DNA from: Spongospora subterranea f. sp. subterranea
Lineage: Eukaryota
Reading direction: 5' to 3'
Assembly (NCBI GenBank): GCA_049724395.1
Contig: JAUGWO010000129.1
Span: forward strand, 62,001 to 126,000
Length of the DNA: 64,000 bases
Both the position numbers and the translations under genes were made by a program. The notes below the pieces were generated by a model. That model saw only the letters and a program-made list of their open reading frames with translations. It ran no database searches and had not been told where the DNA came from. Below, one piece after another: positions 1 through 12,360 of this stretch. Numbering within the stretch: position 1 is the first letter of the stretch; each line of letters begins with the position of its first letter.

Positions 1-2647
1 TTGCCTTTGCTGTGTAATAGGACGCGGTTATGAATATATACGTCCCTAGCAGAAAGTTTGCAATCGTATAGCCAGGTATATAAGCAATTATCATTTTGGC
101 ATCGTGAGTCTGAACATGAATGGGGTGTAAGAAAAAGGAAAAAAGTCGACGAATTCCATACCATGTAAAGATGTAGTTGAAGTAAATATGACTCAAGAGT
201 GAACGTCCCAACGAATTGAAATATCGGCATATAACTGGAGCGAAGTGCCGGCCAGAGATTTCTTAGTATAACGTAAGCAAAAATAGGAAAACATCCCAAG
301 TACGGATGGATGCGATTATATCTGAGTTTGTCCATATGGTAGAAGAGTGTACCCCATGCAAACAAAATTGCAAGAGAAATTGCTCCAAGTGCCATTCGCT
401 TTTGAGTCTTGTGCTTGTCCTGATCAAGATTCGCCAGCCATGAACTGATTTGGGGAAACAGTACTGTGAACAAAATACCAAATGACGTCGACAACCCATC
501 TAACTGGGCACGAAACCACCATTCCGCTAGAGACCCGTTTCTAGTGAATAAACCGCCAAATACAGAAAACAAGGCATTGAATAATACTTGAATCTGAACA
601 TGAGTCACAAATCACTTCTTTGAGTAAACACAGACAACGAGCCTACTTGAAGAAGGAGAAACAGCGCAGCGGTGACGAGAACGACCTTTAGTACAGCCCC
701 CGAACCTTTATTATCACAATAAGGAATGCGAGCAACTAGCCACACAAACAGAAAGAACACCGAATGAAGCGGGCAGATATAGTACAGCATCCATTCACGG
801 CCAATTGTGGTGCATACCAGGAATACCAGAAAATTCAGGCGGAAAAGAACCTGCAGTGATATTTGGCTTAGTGTCGAGGGAATATTGGTAGATGTAACCG
901 CTTTTTAACCTTAACAATTCTTAACATTGAGAAGTCCTTTTTGATTTGGAAGAACGAAAAATTGCCAAACCCTGTCATCCACACATAACTCGAGACGAAT
1001 ACACGGATCAGATTGTAGGTCGAGGTGGCGTCGAAGATATGATACCAGATGAATGCCACTTGCATCAATCCTAAAGAGAAACCTCAGTCTGGAAACTGAA
1101 CCTACGATTTTCGAACCTTTCCATTCTTCCGTTTGAAAGCGATTGAGGAGGTTATTTTTGGCGGCTACAGCGCTGGGGATTGGTTGACGGTAAATAAATC
1201 CGACGATCAAAAGCAATACGTATGATGAGAAGAACAAATCGTAATTCTGGACTTTATGCGCTACACGAACAACAGCTGAAGGACCATCAGCGATGTACAT
1301 TGCTGTCATGACTATGCATAAGACTGCAACTGCATTGATTGCCTGGGCAGCATTGGGGATGATATCAGAGCGGATAACCGTGAGCGTACCTTCTCAGTTG
1401 CTGGAGCTACTTCGACAGAGGCGATAGGCAGAAAAACAGACTGGATCTTCTGCACAATGACCCCATTTTCGGCTTCGAAAACGGTGAACTCAAAATGACA
1501 TCGTTTCCTAATCCAAAGCCAAACGGCGAAAAACAATAACGGAAGAGATGCGCAGGCCATGGTAAGTAAGGTGCTGGAGATCGGCGCTTGTCGTGCAGAG
1601 TATTCGGTCCAATAGATAATCTGCAAGAGTCGAGAAGTGGACAATACTGTTTTCTGGATCGAGTGAATACCATCTGCTTGATCTTCGAAAGGTTCTTTCT
1701 GAAGCTGCACAAAACATCAACTAGTGCTAGTGTTGCCAATAGACATTACCTGGTCTAAAAACAATACTTTGGCGGCTGGCAAGTGCAAATTGTCTTTGAA
1801 CAATTCAATCCACAACCTGATGTTTTCATTATGATTGCCGTTTAGTGCTGCTTTGGCAGGCGACAGACGCTGCTGATCGATTGCAGGAGGACCCTCTATA
1901 ATAATTAGCGCTGGGGTATTTCCAGGAGGCAACCTTTCAAGCTTATCAGTGAACTCGATGATGGACGCCACAATGGTGTCGCCCTTGTACAAAATATCAT
2001 GGAGACCAAATGATGCATAAATGTAGTTTGGCGCTGGGAATACGCCAGCCCCTTTAGGTGTTAGATTGGAATTTACTTCCGAAGAAAATGGGGCCCAGTT
2101 AAATGAAAACATGGCGGATCCAGCGCGGTACCTTTGCTCGGTGTGATCTCCCGTCTTTGACGAAGGCGACGGTAACCCAAATTGTGCTGCCTTTAATTCA
2201 TGAAAGACATCTCGTGCCGTCGAATCACCAACCTTTTCAAAAAGTCAACGCCTAAAGAATTCAAAAGTGTGCCTGACAGCAAGTACCATATGAACCCAAC
2301 GGTTCCGAAGCAACGACGTAATAGTGGTAATATCGAAAATAGGAGTTCTGCACATTTCAGCATTCTCAGCCATTGATAGACTTTGAATACATGTCTGGGA
2401 CAATATACGATTCGAGTCTATCGCGCCTCTATTTGACATCAATTGACCGATCCTAAACATTTTTATACATACTGATCGATAGTGCATGGATGAACAGCAA
2501 CCAAAAGATGGATGCAAGCGCCAACACCACCAACCCCGTAAACGTCATGATGAAGACGTAAGAATTCGGTTGCTTGCCGGTGGGAACAATTCCAAGTTCC
2601 TGATCGACGGCGGACCTTAATCCGATAAGCTCGGACGGATCCTCCAT
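1..2647 (-). CDS. CASD1: CASD1/Cas1p-type O-acetyltransferase (SGNH domain plus multi-TM Cas1_AcylT domain); multi-exon, 3' end outside the window
   Basis: Spliced frames give an N-terminal TM, RWVHMVGDSTARD, SFGLHD and DGIH. These are followed by NRFQTEEWKGLMQVAFIWYH...IRVFVSSYVWMTGFGNFSFF...LFRLNF...MLYYICPLHS, the Cas1/RWA signature. Introns are short GT-AG. Confidence 0.9.
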
Positions 2648-3439
2648 GAAGGAGTTGATGTGTGTCTGTTTAATAAGCGGTGTGGGGTGGTATATCAAAG
2701 GGGTTCACCAGTGATCACTGATCGACAGTAGTTCACAGACCTGTTCATGTTGCACCTAATCCTAGTGGGCGACCTCTTGTATCGATACAGGTGGCCACTT
2801 TCACTGTCCTTGACCGGCAAACAAGGTCATTTCCTATACTGGCTTTCCAAGAAATCGCTCAGTTCTTCTCAACGGAGCGAGGAGGTAGGATATTCGGCGC
2901 TACGATGGCGTAAAAACAGCAATGTGGGACCGAACAAAGTTATTGTTGCGTTTTCAACCTCCGTCAACCCGGAATTCCTTTTAACAAATGAAATTTGTCT
3001 CATTGGCAGTCACTGCTACATGGCCATCTTTTTCGAAGCGCGTATGTTCGTAGACCGTTTGACGTCAAATCACCCACCATTAATTATTGGGTGACGCAAA
3101 AAGGAATCCCTGCTGTGTCGAGGTCATGCACCACATCATCCTTTTGTCGCGATTTCATTGGAGGCTGACGATTACCTGCTGCCTTCATCCTGAGTGAAGT
3201 GCCATAATCTTAGCCTGGTGTTTGCAATGCGATTGTGTTCATGGCCATGGCGCCTCTTTGATCTGAGCATTATCTATACGGGTTTGGCGGTTGTGCAGCC
3301 GATGAATTTAGTGTCAAAAATCAGGAACATTGGGTCTAATAAATGGTTGGAGTCGGCTACTATCAGGCATGGTGGTGATGGAGCCTGGAGTCTTTCCCTA
3401 TGAACCCACACCCAGTATGTAGAACGACCGACTCTATAC

Positions 3440-4290
3440 TATTCGGGGTACGAAATCATGTATTTGGATAACAGTACAAGGTTTGACATCCACCGCACAA
3501 TCAGATTCAGCGAAAAACCAGATAACGACTACGATGATATATCAACTAAGCACAACATGATATACTATGGACAAAGAAGTAGAAAACATCAACACGTATC
3601 GATTAGGGATAGGAACAATATAGGAATCATGACCAAACGACAAATTACTCAATAGAAACACTGATAAACCACAAACACTCTATGCATTAAACTTGAGATA
3701 ACGGCCAGTACCGTTTTTGCGATGTCTGCTTTTGGGTCATCACTGTTCGGTGTCTGTATGACTTCAGTATATTCGCCAACATTCTTATCCACGAATCTTC
3801 GTTGTTTTCGGGACATTTTGTTGCGTTTGGTGTTGGCATTGCTCCATCATTGTCGTGGTCGGGCTGTCAGGCCTGATAATTCGCTTGTGTATCGCCCTAC
3901 TATCCCGTTGTGTGTCGTCCTGTCGCAATCCGCGAGGTTATTTCTTATCTGATGGTGTTCACTCGGCTGTATATCTACTGTCGTTGAACCTCCGCTGTCA
4001 AGGTGTAAGGATGGAGTGTTAATATTGGTCTTGGTACTGGTCGTTTTCTCTATCATTGTCGCGGTGAATCACATGTATTGGGATGCAATTACACAGGCGA
4101 AGCTGCAAAACAACGCCAAATGTCGTCTGTAAGAAGTGTCACCGAATCAAATGCGGCTCGGAGAACAACCGCAACTTCATCCTATTTGACATCTGTTGGA
4201 GTCAAGAAACCGATCAGACACCGCACTGCATCAGGTGTGACGACGATGGTCACCTGGGTCGGAAATGCCCTCTCAGACTGTTGTTATGAG
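3440..4290. mobile_element. Degenerate retroelement debris (zinc knuckle; possible LINE endonuclease fragments in both orientations)
   Basis: CIRCDDDGHLGRKC (CX2CX4HX4C) on + at about 4226-4270. A-rich broken frames switch strand near 3700. Confidence 0.35.
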
Positions 4291-4939
4291 CCACCAGTAC
4301 CAATAGGGGGAAACAGCAAAGGATTACATAAACATGTAGAATAACAGTAGCCACAACCAGAAAAACAGGCTCGCTCATGTATCTGAGCAAGAGCGGGTCT
4401 GCTGAAAAGTCTTTGAGAAGTTGTAGTGCAGTGGGAACTGCAGCGATGGTCGACAATTGACACCGAACAGCATGCACACCAGTATCACTTCAATATTGAA
4501 CGGATAGGTTCCTTGGCGATTCGTTCGTGCGATCACACCTTTCAAACACTAATGTAATTGAAAGGTGCAGCCATTTAAGCGTCAACTTTCGGGTGATGAC
4601 TGACCCAAATAATGCATGCAAAGGCGATTGCCGGCCAGGATCGAGGGTTTTGAACCGAACATGCAAATGACAGCCACTGAAAATACCGAAGTAAACTGTA
4701 TGTAATTTCAACAGACCGTCGAAGCGAATAAACTAGGTTGAAAGAGTCACCAACACATTTATTTCAATCTCATAAAAGTTATTCGTCGTTGACCTGGCCC
4801 TGCATCTGCTAAGTGAATTATTGAGCACTTCGACAATTCTCGAGTCTTTATATGCTGTTGTTAGGTTAACACCACTGGAGTATATGAACGAGAACATCCA
4901 TGAAGCATCTGCCGGTCTATTGATCATCTCCATGATCAA
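4250..4939 (-). pseudogene. Unidentified decayed reading frame
   Basis: ORFs 4733-4939, 4490-4711 and 4250-4477 share one frame and are separated by single stops (~230 codons). No family recognised. Confidence 0.25.
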
Positions 4940-5255
4940 CTCGACACCCTCATTTGGTGAGGGCGTGCCGGTTGTCCGATGAAGGCGTCGGTTGTCCGGT
5001 TCACAACTGATCGATCGGGTCTATGAGATCAGCAGTCGCACAGTTGGCTGGCGCTATAGAGGTCCAAGGTCACGTCACAGGGTCAGAGAACCTGATCAAC
5101 CGGTACTAAACCTGGGCGCTAAACCATCCTCTATCTTTATACCACTCTAATACTTATTTTGGTTTTCAAAATGTTCGTCACATCCTGAGAATGATTTGTC
5201 GGAAGGAGTCGTGAAAGGAGCTGGTCTTGGGCTGCTGGCTTCAGCGAGTCTGTTC

Positions 5256-6170
5256 ATGTCGGGGTCAAGAAAATCAACCGCCATTTCACACGAAACCGGA
5301 GAATTATCTCCTTCTGATTCGCAGGGACGGCGAAGTGTTGACGCCAATAGCTACAGCGGTGAATCCAACGCCAGCGATCGAGAAGAAGGTAGCAGCGACA
5401 TCGACGAATCTGACGCCATTTCCAACAGCAACGACGAAGCGTGGCTTCCACGCGAGGAAATGAAATCGGCTTGGTACAAGCCGCCACTCTTTGGAGTCGA
5501 TATATCAGCAATGGAATACGCAATGGATCAGTTTCTAAGCCAAGCTTCTAAATCGGAACCGCATTTGAAATCCACAACCAGAACAAGTTGCCGTCTATGC
5601 TCATTCACAGACGCGAGCTATGACCGTTTGATTGAGCATATGATTGTCGAGCATCGTCTTTCGTTATTGAGGTCGATGCACGAACTGAATCTGATCGGCA
5701 TGAGACAGCACCATTGTGTTCGCATGCAGACCGATAAGATGAATGACCTCGGGAACCTGTTCACAGCGATTTCGTCAGCGGCAATGTCGTCTGTGTTGGA
5801 GATTGCACAATTGTCGCCGCCGGATACGGATGGTTCCTCCGCTAGTACGATGACGCCGTTCGTGGAGAAAGTCCTGAAGGATGGTCCAACAGCTTGGATC
5901 ATGGAATATGCTAAATGCAACAAAAGAATAAGGCCCGAATTGGCCCCTGAACCGAATCTGGTCCCCAAACATTTTCGAGTTCAGGAATTTCCACTGTCTT
6001 ATCCAATCTGTCCGATAACGTCAAGGGCCACCTCCAAATTAGGCCCCGGCTACCAAGATCATTCCATCAGGGAATCGCCCGGCTACGAAGGCGTCGTGGA
6101 AGTTCCGTTCGCTAGCAAGTACGATCATAATCCACAATCGAACGCGAAAACTATTTGGCCCCGTATATAA
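5256..6170 (+). CDS. Intronless hypothetical protein with acidic/Ser-rich N-terminus and a C2H2-like zinc finger
   Basis: ORF of ~304 codons from ATG 5256, containing CRLCSFTDASYDRLIEHMIVEH. Confidence 0.6.
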   Translation: MSGSRKSTAISHETGELSPSDSQGRRSVDANSYSGESNASDREEGSSDIDESDAISNSNDEAWLPREEMKSAWYKPPLFGVDISAMEYAMDQFLSQASKSEPHLKSTTRTSCRLCSFTDASYDRLIEHMIVEHRLSLLRSMHELNLIGMRQHHCVRMQTDKMNDLGNLFTAISSAAMSSVLEIAQLSPPDTDGSSASTMTPFVEKVLKDGPTAWIMEYAKCNKRIRPELAPEPNLVPKHFRVQEFPLSYPICPITSRATSKLGPGYQDHSIRESPGYEGVVEVPFASKYDHNPQSNAKTIWPRI

Positions 6171-7229
6171 ATTAGGTTTTATCGTAATGGGCATCTTTCA
6201 GTCCTTCATTCTTGTATTCGTTCAATCTTTCATAGCGGTCTCTAACAATTTCGGGTATCCTTTTCTCACTTCAACGTCATGAAACAAAAATGTTTGAAAC
6301 TATGATACCTGTGGTTTGGACATGATAATGGGGGACAACCGAACCCCGAACCAGCAGACAAATTTGACTAAGGACTGAACATCGTCCTTAATTTCTATCG
6401 CTATCATGGTCGTTTAGTTGCCTAGGCCCGAGTGTCCAAAACTGACAACGTTTTCTCACAACGCGCTATGATCGGGTACCGCTTCCTAATTGTACTATGT
6501 TTTCATGGGAGAAGTCTTATTTTTAGATCTGAGAGACTACGATGAAGTCGGCCGGAATACGTTGCGATTTCGGGATCGCTGCTGGAGGATCTCCAGGAGA
6601 ACCGTGGCAAGTGACAGCATCCAAAATCAAAAAAGATTCTCCCCATATGTCAACATCCCAAATTGGCTATATTTCGAAATGAATGTTGGTGTGGGAAAGA
6701 ATATGAAAAGTTAAAGTGCTTGGCTATTATGGGCGGTTTGGTTCGTTTTCCAGATTGAACCCGTGAATGATCAAATGATATCTACCCTATGTGCTACTAA
6801 TCGACCTTCCTGTCCTGTAACTATGGGTACTCTTTTCGCTTCTATAAACACTTCTCATTTCTCTCTCTTCATCATCTCCTCTCCCTTTCATCGCTATTCC
6901 GCCCTGGCCACTGTCGGCCGGAAAAAAAGCTTTTGTTAGGCACATCTGAAGCAATTGAGATAAAAGGCTTCGAGGTGAAACCTGATGGCTCAAAACCCTG
7001 CCAACCGATCAACAGTTCGATTTCCCCCGCACCCTATCATAGCATACAAATGCTCCATGCAATCAAAGTTCATGATAGTCGTTTCTGCACAGTAAACCAA
7101 ATTGATGAGTTGAAGCCGCATCATGCAAGGATGATGTCTGCCTTTATAAAACGAAGGGCGCAGCGGTCAATGCTCTCATCTTCAGAGTCATACTATGAAA
7201 CATCGTCGAAAGGAACCCTATGAACTATG

Positions 7230-7480
7230 TGTTTGAGAGCTTTCCTAATAAAACTCAAACTCCCGTGCTGTAGACAAGGGTTTCACGCCAGGCGAAGAAC
7301 GGCGGCAAATACGATGAACTTTGTGGATGATCTGCCGACCACATGGTGCTCGCGCACTTTGACATGGCGAGAACGTTATTGCTCGATAACGCCAAAGACA
7401 TGCGATGGGAAATTCCTAGGCGCCTGACCCGCAACTGTTCAATTATCGAATTCTTTACAGGAAAGACAGGCAATGGGTGC
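7230..7480 (+). mobile_element. hAT transposase remnant
   Basis: DLPTTWCS, then a frameshift, then HFDMARTLLL...WEI. This resembles the hAT DxxTRWNSxxxMLxR motif and the downstream W. Confidence 0.4.
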
Positions 7481-7789
7481 GCAAGCTGGTGCTCCGCAAA
7501 GCGATGTACTCAGCCAAGCGATGTTAATACTTTGCTTGAGATATGAATACAAACCGAAGACGTCAGAGTCCCTTTTGAATAAAAAACGATGCAGTCGCTG
7601 GCATCAACTTCTAGAATAATAACAAACTTTTTAGCGAAATTCATGGCCTCTATCATGAGTAAAGGACCCAATTCGTATCTCCGATAATCTCAGAACCTTA
7701 TCCGTTTGCATTCGGAGGTTAACACATACGAGCCCGCATCATCGGAGGAATCCAGTTTTCGATTTCATCTGGCCGAAGCAGCAAAAAGA

Positions 7790-8728
7790 ATGCAGAAACA
7801 GGGAGAGGTTTGGCAGACCCCAAACTTGAATGCTTTCAAGATACTTAGTGCATTGGAGATATGCACAGCCGTACTTCTGTTATACTTCTTAGTGACCGCC
7901 ATTTCTTCAGCCTCGTGGTTCTGGGCCACCTCTGCGACTTATGACCTCAATGTCGTTGAATATGGACTGAATATCGCTTTGATATTGATTCATTCCATTG
8001 CTATCATGGTCGTCCAGTTTTCTAGGCCTGAGATGTCCCAAACCAGCAACATGTTCGTACAAGGCGCTCTAATTGGGTTCCGCTTCCCATTGGCCATGTT
8101 TCTTATTGGAGAAGCCTCATCCTGGATCTGGGGGACAACGATGAAGTCTGCCGGAATATGCTGTCTTTCCGCCATAGCTGCGGGACAAATGCAAGGCGGG
8201 ATTTTCATGTATTCTCATCAGTTTGGCGAGAAAGCTCCTAAGACTAATCATCAGCATTGGTTTTCTAAGCAGTCTCTCTGGATTGAAGGAATCTCCATAA
8301 TCACATTGGGAGCGATACTGATTCTATCAGCAGTTTGCCTAATATGGCAATCTGTGTTTCTACCAGCAAACCAGGCGTTTGCGTTAGCGAGCAGCGCCTT
8401 CGCCTATATTGGCGCCTTTGGGTATGCAGTGTTCCTCAAATTGCATTTATACTCGAAGGAGCATTTGGCTATGGGCGCATTAACAGGAATGATGAGCGCC
8501 ATTGGAATCATAGCTGCACGTTGGTGTATTCGGACGGCGAGCTTTGCCAATTGGTCTTGGTTTCCAATAACGGCAATCACAGTACAAGCCGTCCTGACCA
8601 TTGCAATATTATCATCTGTTATACGCTGGTGCACCATTGAGACCAATACGAGAGCAAATGGTGAAGACCAACGCCAGGATACATTATCAGTCAAAGACAT
8701 TCTGGAAGACGTTAGGGTGCCTTCGTGA
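7790..8728 (+). CDS. Intronless orphan multi-pass membrane protein (copy A, about 8 hydrophobic segments)
   Basis: Open frame 7706-8728, first ATG at 7790, multiple hydrophobic stretches. A near-identical paralog lies ~2.36 kb downstream. Confidence 0.65.
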   Translation: MQKQGEVWQTPNLNAFKILSALEICTAVLLLYFLVTAISSASWFWATSATYDLNVVEYGLNIALILIHSIAIMVVQFSRPEMSQTSNMFVQGALIGFRFPLAMFLIGEASSWIWGTTMKSAGICCLSAIAAGQMQGGIFMYSHQFGEKAPKTNHQHWFSKQSLWIEGISIITLGAILILSAVCLIWQSVFLPANQAFALASSAFAYIGAFGYAVFLKLHLYSKEHLAMGALTGMMSAIGIIAARWCIRTASFANWSWFPITAITVQAVLTIAILSSVIRWCTIETNTRANGEDQRQDTLSVKDILEDVRVPS

Positions 8729-8944
8729 TTATACAAGACACCTTGGGTTTGGTGCGCCATCCTGTTCATTGCTGATCCTGATTTTTGAACCGTCCATCTA
8801 ATATATTAACAGCTACGGCTTCTGATTTAGTTTTTGGTATTCAATGTGTTTCTCATATTGGGTTTGGACTTATAGACGTCCCATAGAATACTATGTTACA
8901 CTGTGCCCTGTATCGAGTGTCCTCGTGACCGTATAACAAGCGGC

Positions 8945-9445
8945 TCTGCGTTTCTTTCATCCCACCGTCAGTTCTATTACGGTCGAAATGGAATCTGATG
9001 AGATCGAACAGGTATGTCGATCAGCGTCGAGTGCATTTCAGCCCACGAGGACTCCTTGGTCAACTTGCTAACTCTTGTTGCGTTTTTCCTAGGCGACGGC
9101 AGTTGCAGATAACGGATTCGATGTCCTCCTTCCTCGAACCGGGCTGTTATACTCTGAAAAAGGGGATCTAACTGAAATTCTGTGCAAACCAAAGATAATG
9201 CCAATCAAATCTATCATATTAGAAAAACTTGAGAAAATGGAGCAAGATGCCATACGAAGACAAAAGTCCTGAAACACTGTATGATTCTCATGTTATGGCT
9301 CTAAAGGTTCAATGATTGTTCTACATCTCTGATTATGTCGCATGATTCATAAAGCTAACAGCTCAGTTCATCACAATAATCTGTAATATATGTTTATAAA
9401 TGTGTACTGGGACATGTGATTCCAGTGCGAACCGATGATCTACAA
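8945..9445. repeat. Dispersed diverged repeat, copy 1 (partner at 15815-16325)
   Basis: ctgcgtttctttcatcccaccgtcagt...ggtcgaaatggaatctgatgagatcgaaca... recurs in direct orientation near 15817. Confidence 0.8.
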
Positions 9446-9519
9446 CATCGTTGAATTTGGTACAGTAGCAAGTTGTCATCGATAGAGAAGGTTTCATTTT
9501 GACGAAATACAGGCTGGAT

Positions 9520-9850
9520 AGAATCAGTATATCGATCTTAATGCTATTATGGAGATTCCTTCAATCCAGGAAGAGTGCTGAGAAAACCAATGCTGGTGTT
9601 TAGTCTTGAAGGATTTCTCACCAAACTGATGAGAATACATGAAAATCCCCGCATCTTTGGCGGAAAGAAAACATTCCTCCCGACTTTATCGTAGTCCCCC
9701 AGGTCCAGGGTGAGACTCCTCCGATCAAAACATAGCTTGAATATCGCTGAGATATTGATTTATTCTATTTCTATCATGCCCTTTCTAGGCCTCATGCCCT
9801 TTCTAGGAGATGTCCAAATCAACAACATGTTCGTACAAGGCGCTCTAATC
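9520..9850. pseudogene. Scrambled third copy of the membrane-protein gene
   Basis: 9520-9735 is a diverged reverse complement of about 8095-8330. 9738-9850 is a direct match to about 7965-8075. Confidence 0.8.
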
Positions 9851-10145
9851 AATGCGTCGCAAGGCGAATCAGCCACGCAATGTTAATACTTTGGTTAAGA
9901 TATGAATATAAACCGAAGACGCCAGTGTCCCTTTTCTGGAAAGAAAAACGATGCAGTCGCTGGCAACATCTTCTGGCAAAACCAACTTTTTAGCGAAGTT
10001 TATGGCTCTGTCATTTGTAAAGGACCCATATGTATCTCCTCTGCGCTCAGAACATTGTGCGATTGCAATCGGCGGTTGACACAGACGAACACGAATTATC
10101 GGAGAAATCCAGTTTTCGATTTCATCTGGCCGAAGCTAAAAAAAA

Positions 10146-11084
10146 ATGCAGAAACAGGGAGAGGTTTGGCAGACCCCAAACTAGAATGCTTTCAAGATAC
10201 TTAGTGCATTGGAGATATGCACAGCCGTACTTCTGTTATACTTCTTAGTGACCGCCATTTTTTCAGCCTCGTGGTTCTGGGCCACCTCTGCGACTTATGA
10301 CCTCAATGTCGTGGAATATGGACTGAATATCGCTTTGATATTGATTCATTCTTTTGCTATCATGGTCGTTCAGTTTTCTAGGTCTGAGATGTCCAAAACC
10401 AGCAACATGCTCATATAAGGCGCTCTAATTGGGTTCCGCTTCCCATTGGCCATGTTTCTGATTGGAGAAGCCTCATCCTGGATCTGGGGGACAACGATGA
10501 AGTCTGCCGGAATATGCTGTCTTTCCGCCATAGCTGTGGGACAAATGCAAGGCGGGATTTTCATGTATTCTCATCAGTTTGGCGAGAAAGCTCCTAAGAC
10601 TAATCATCAGCATTGGTTTTCAAAGCAGTCTCTCTGGATTGAAGGAATCTCCATAATCACATTGGGAGCGATACTGATTCTATCAGCAGTTTGCCTAATA
10701 TGGCAATCTGTGTTTCTACCAGCAAACCAGGCGTTTGCGTTAGCGAGCAGCGCCTTCGCCTATATTGGCGCCTTTGGGTATGCAGTGTTCCTCAAATTGC
10801 ATTTATACTCGAAGGAGCATTTGGCTATGGGCGCAATAACAGGAATGATGAGCGCCATTGGAATCATAGCTGCACGTTGGTGTATTCGGACGGCGAGCTT
10901 TGCCGATTGGTCTTGGTTTCCAATAACGGCAATCACAGTACAAGCCGTCCTGACCATTGCAATAATGTCATCTGTTATACGCTGGTGCACCATCGAGACC
11001 AATACGAAAGCCAATGCTGAAGACCAACGTCAGGATACATTATCAGTCAAATACATTCTGGAAGACGTTAGGGTGCCTTCGTGA
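10146..11084 (+). pseudogene. Membrane-protein paralog (copy B) with premature stops
   Basis: Collinear with copy A. TTG has become TAG at 10182-10184 and CAA has become TAA at 10416-10418. Confidence 0.85.
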
Positions 11085-11224
11085 TTATACAAGACACCTT
11101 GGGTTTGGTGCGCCATCCTGTTCATCGCTGAGCCTGATTTTCTGAACCGTCCATCAAATATATTACTCTTATAATCTATAGCAAAATACTGCTTCTGATA
11201 GGGTATCCGATTTTCACGCATGAT

Positions 11225-11650
11225 TTTCGGCCCCGGAATATATTCAGACGCTCAAGCGAATGGCCCTTGATATTGGCGTCAAAACAACGACATCGGCATC
11301 AGGGGCAACAGGTTGGCCAGTTGCCACCAGGTCGGGCAGCACGAACTCATCTGAGTCGTCGTCCGCGTGGAGCTCTGCCCCACCTGGCCGTGGCAACGAT
11401 CGTCTGACACCTCTCGTGGATGCGACCATTGTATGTGTGTGTGGGCCGATTCACGTTCTCATCAATTCCACCGGCACTGGATGCCGTTACGGTTATTACC
11501 AAGTGCTCGCGTAATGTATATGTATACACATCGGACACCCTCGAAAGCCCTGACGGCACCCCGTTCAATGCCAACGAGCTCACGACATTGACTGCCGATC
11601 AACTGGCACGCAATGCCAGTTGAATGCCCGAAACGCTCCCAAGGGTACAA
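11225..11650 (-). mobile_element. Possible 5' end (LTR remnant and gag start) of an LTR retrotransposon
   Basis: CCGTAACG LTR-end-like motif, followed by the truncated low-complexity ORF MVASTRG.... It adjoins gypsy integrase debris. Confidence 0.3.
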
Positions 11651-11736
11651 TAATATGGCAATATGATTTTCGATGTTCGCTATTTCACTGGCACTGAATG
11701 CCGGTTTGGTATGACTGCACTTAATGCCGGTTTATT

Positions 11737-12360
11737 GGATGTTGCTTATACCTGGGTATCGGATCGAGGATCGCATTTCTTGAACAACATCATGGAGGAA
11801 TTATGTCTTTTTATTACATGCTAAACACCATTTCACACTGACATATTGCCCTTGGTCCAATGGGACTGTTGAGGTAATCAATGTTCATCTCTTACAAGTT
11901 ATGAGATCGCTGCTCTTCGAGTTCAGGCTTCCTTTCTCGGATTGGCCTTCTCTTCTTCCGTTGATTCGTTTCAGTCTGAATCATAAGGATCGCCCAATAA
12001 CGTTATTCACGAGCATGAATCCAAGTCCCCCTCTAGATGCTATTTGGCATGTGGCAAAGAAAAAGTTCCTCAAGAATCCTTTCTCCTCGCAAGATCTGAC
12101 CGATTTAGTTGACGCGCTGCATCATCGAATGCAATTTATGCACAAAGACATCGAGCACCAGCGGAACTTACGCAGAGAAGCTACAAATGTTCGATGAACG
12201 GGCTGTATTGCCCAATTTTGCATTAGGTGATTATGTTTTAGTTGCTGGCAACACTCACTATACCGGTTCTAAAGTGTCGACTCGTCCCATTGCACCAAGG
12301 GCAATATGCCAGTGTGAAATGGTGTTTAGCATGTACTATCTAAAAGACATAATTCCTCAA
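11737..12360 (+). mobile_element. Ty3/gypsy integrase core remnant
   Basis: TWVSDRGSHFLN...HHFTLTYCPWSNGTVEVIN...WPSLLPLIRFSLNH...NFALGDYVLV, with frameshifts. Confidence 0.85.

Noticed and set aside
2453..2472. Apparent 20-nt mini-intron in CASD1
   Set aside because: It gives an immediate stop, whereas a 49-nt intron from an upstream GT restores the frame.
5030..5125. GAACCTGATC resembling a TPP riboswitch core
   Set aside because: No properly placed CTGAGA or TAAT..C.GCG.AGG elements, and no thiamine gene nearby.
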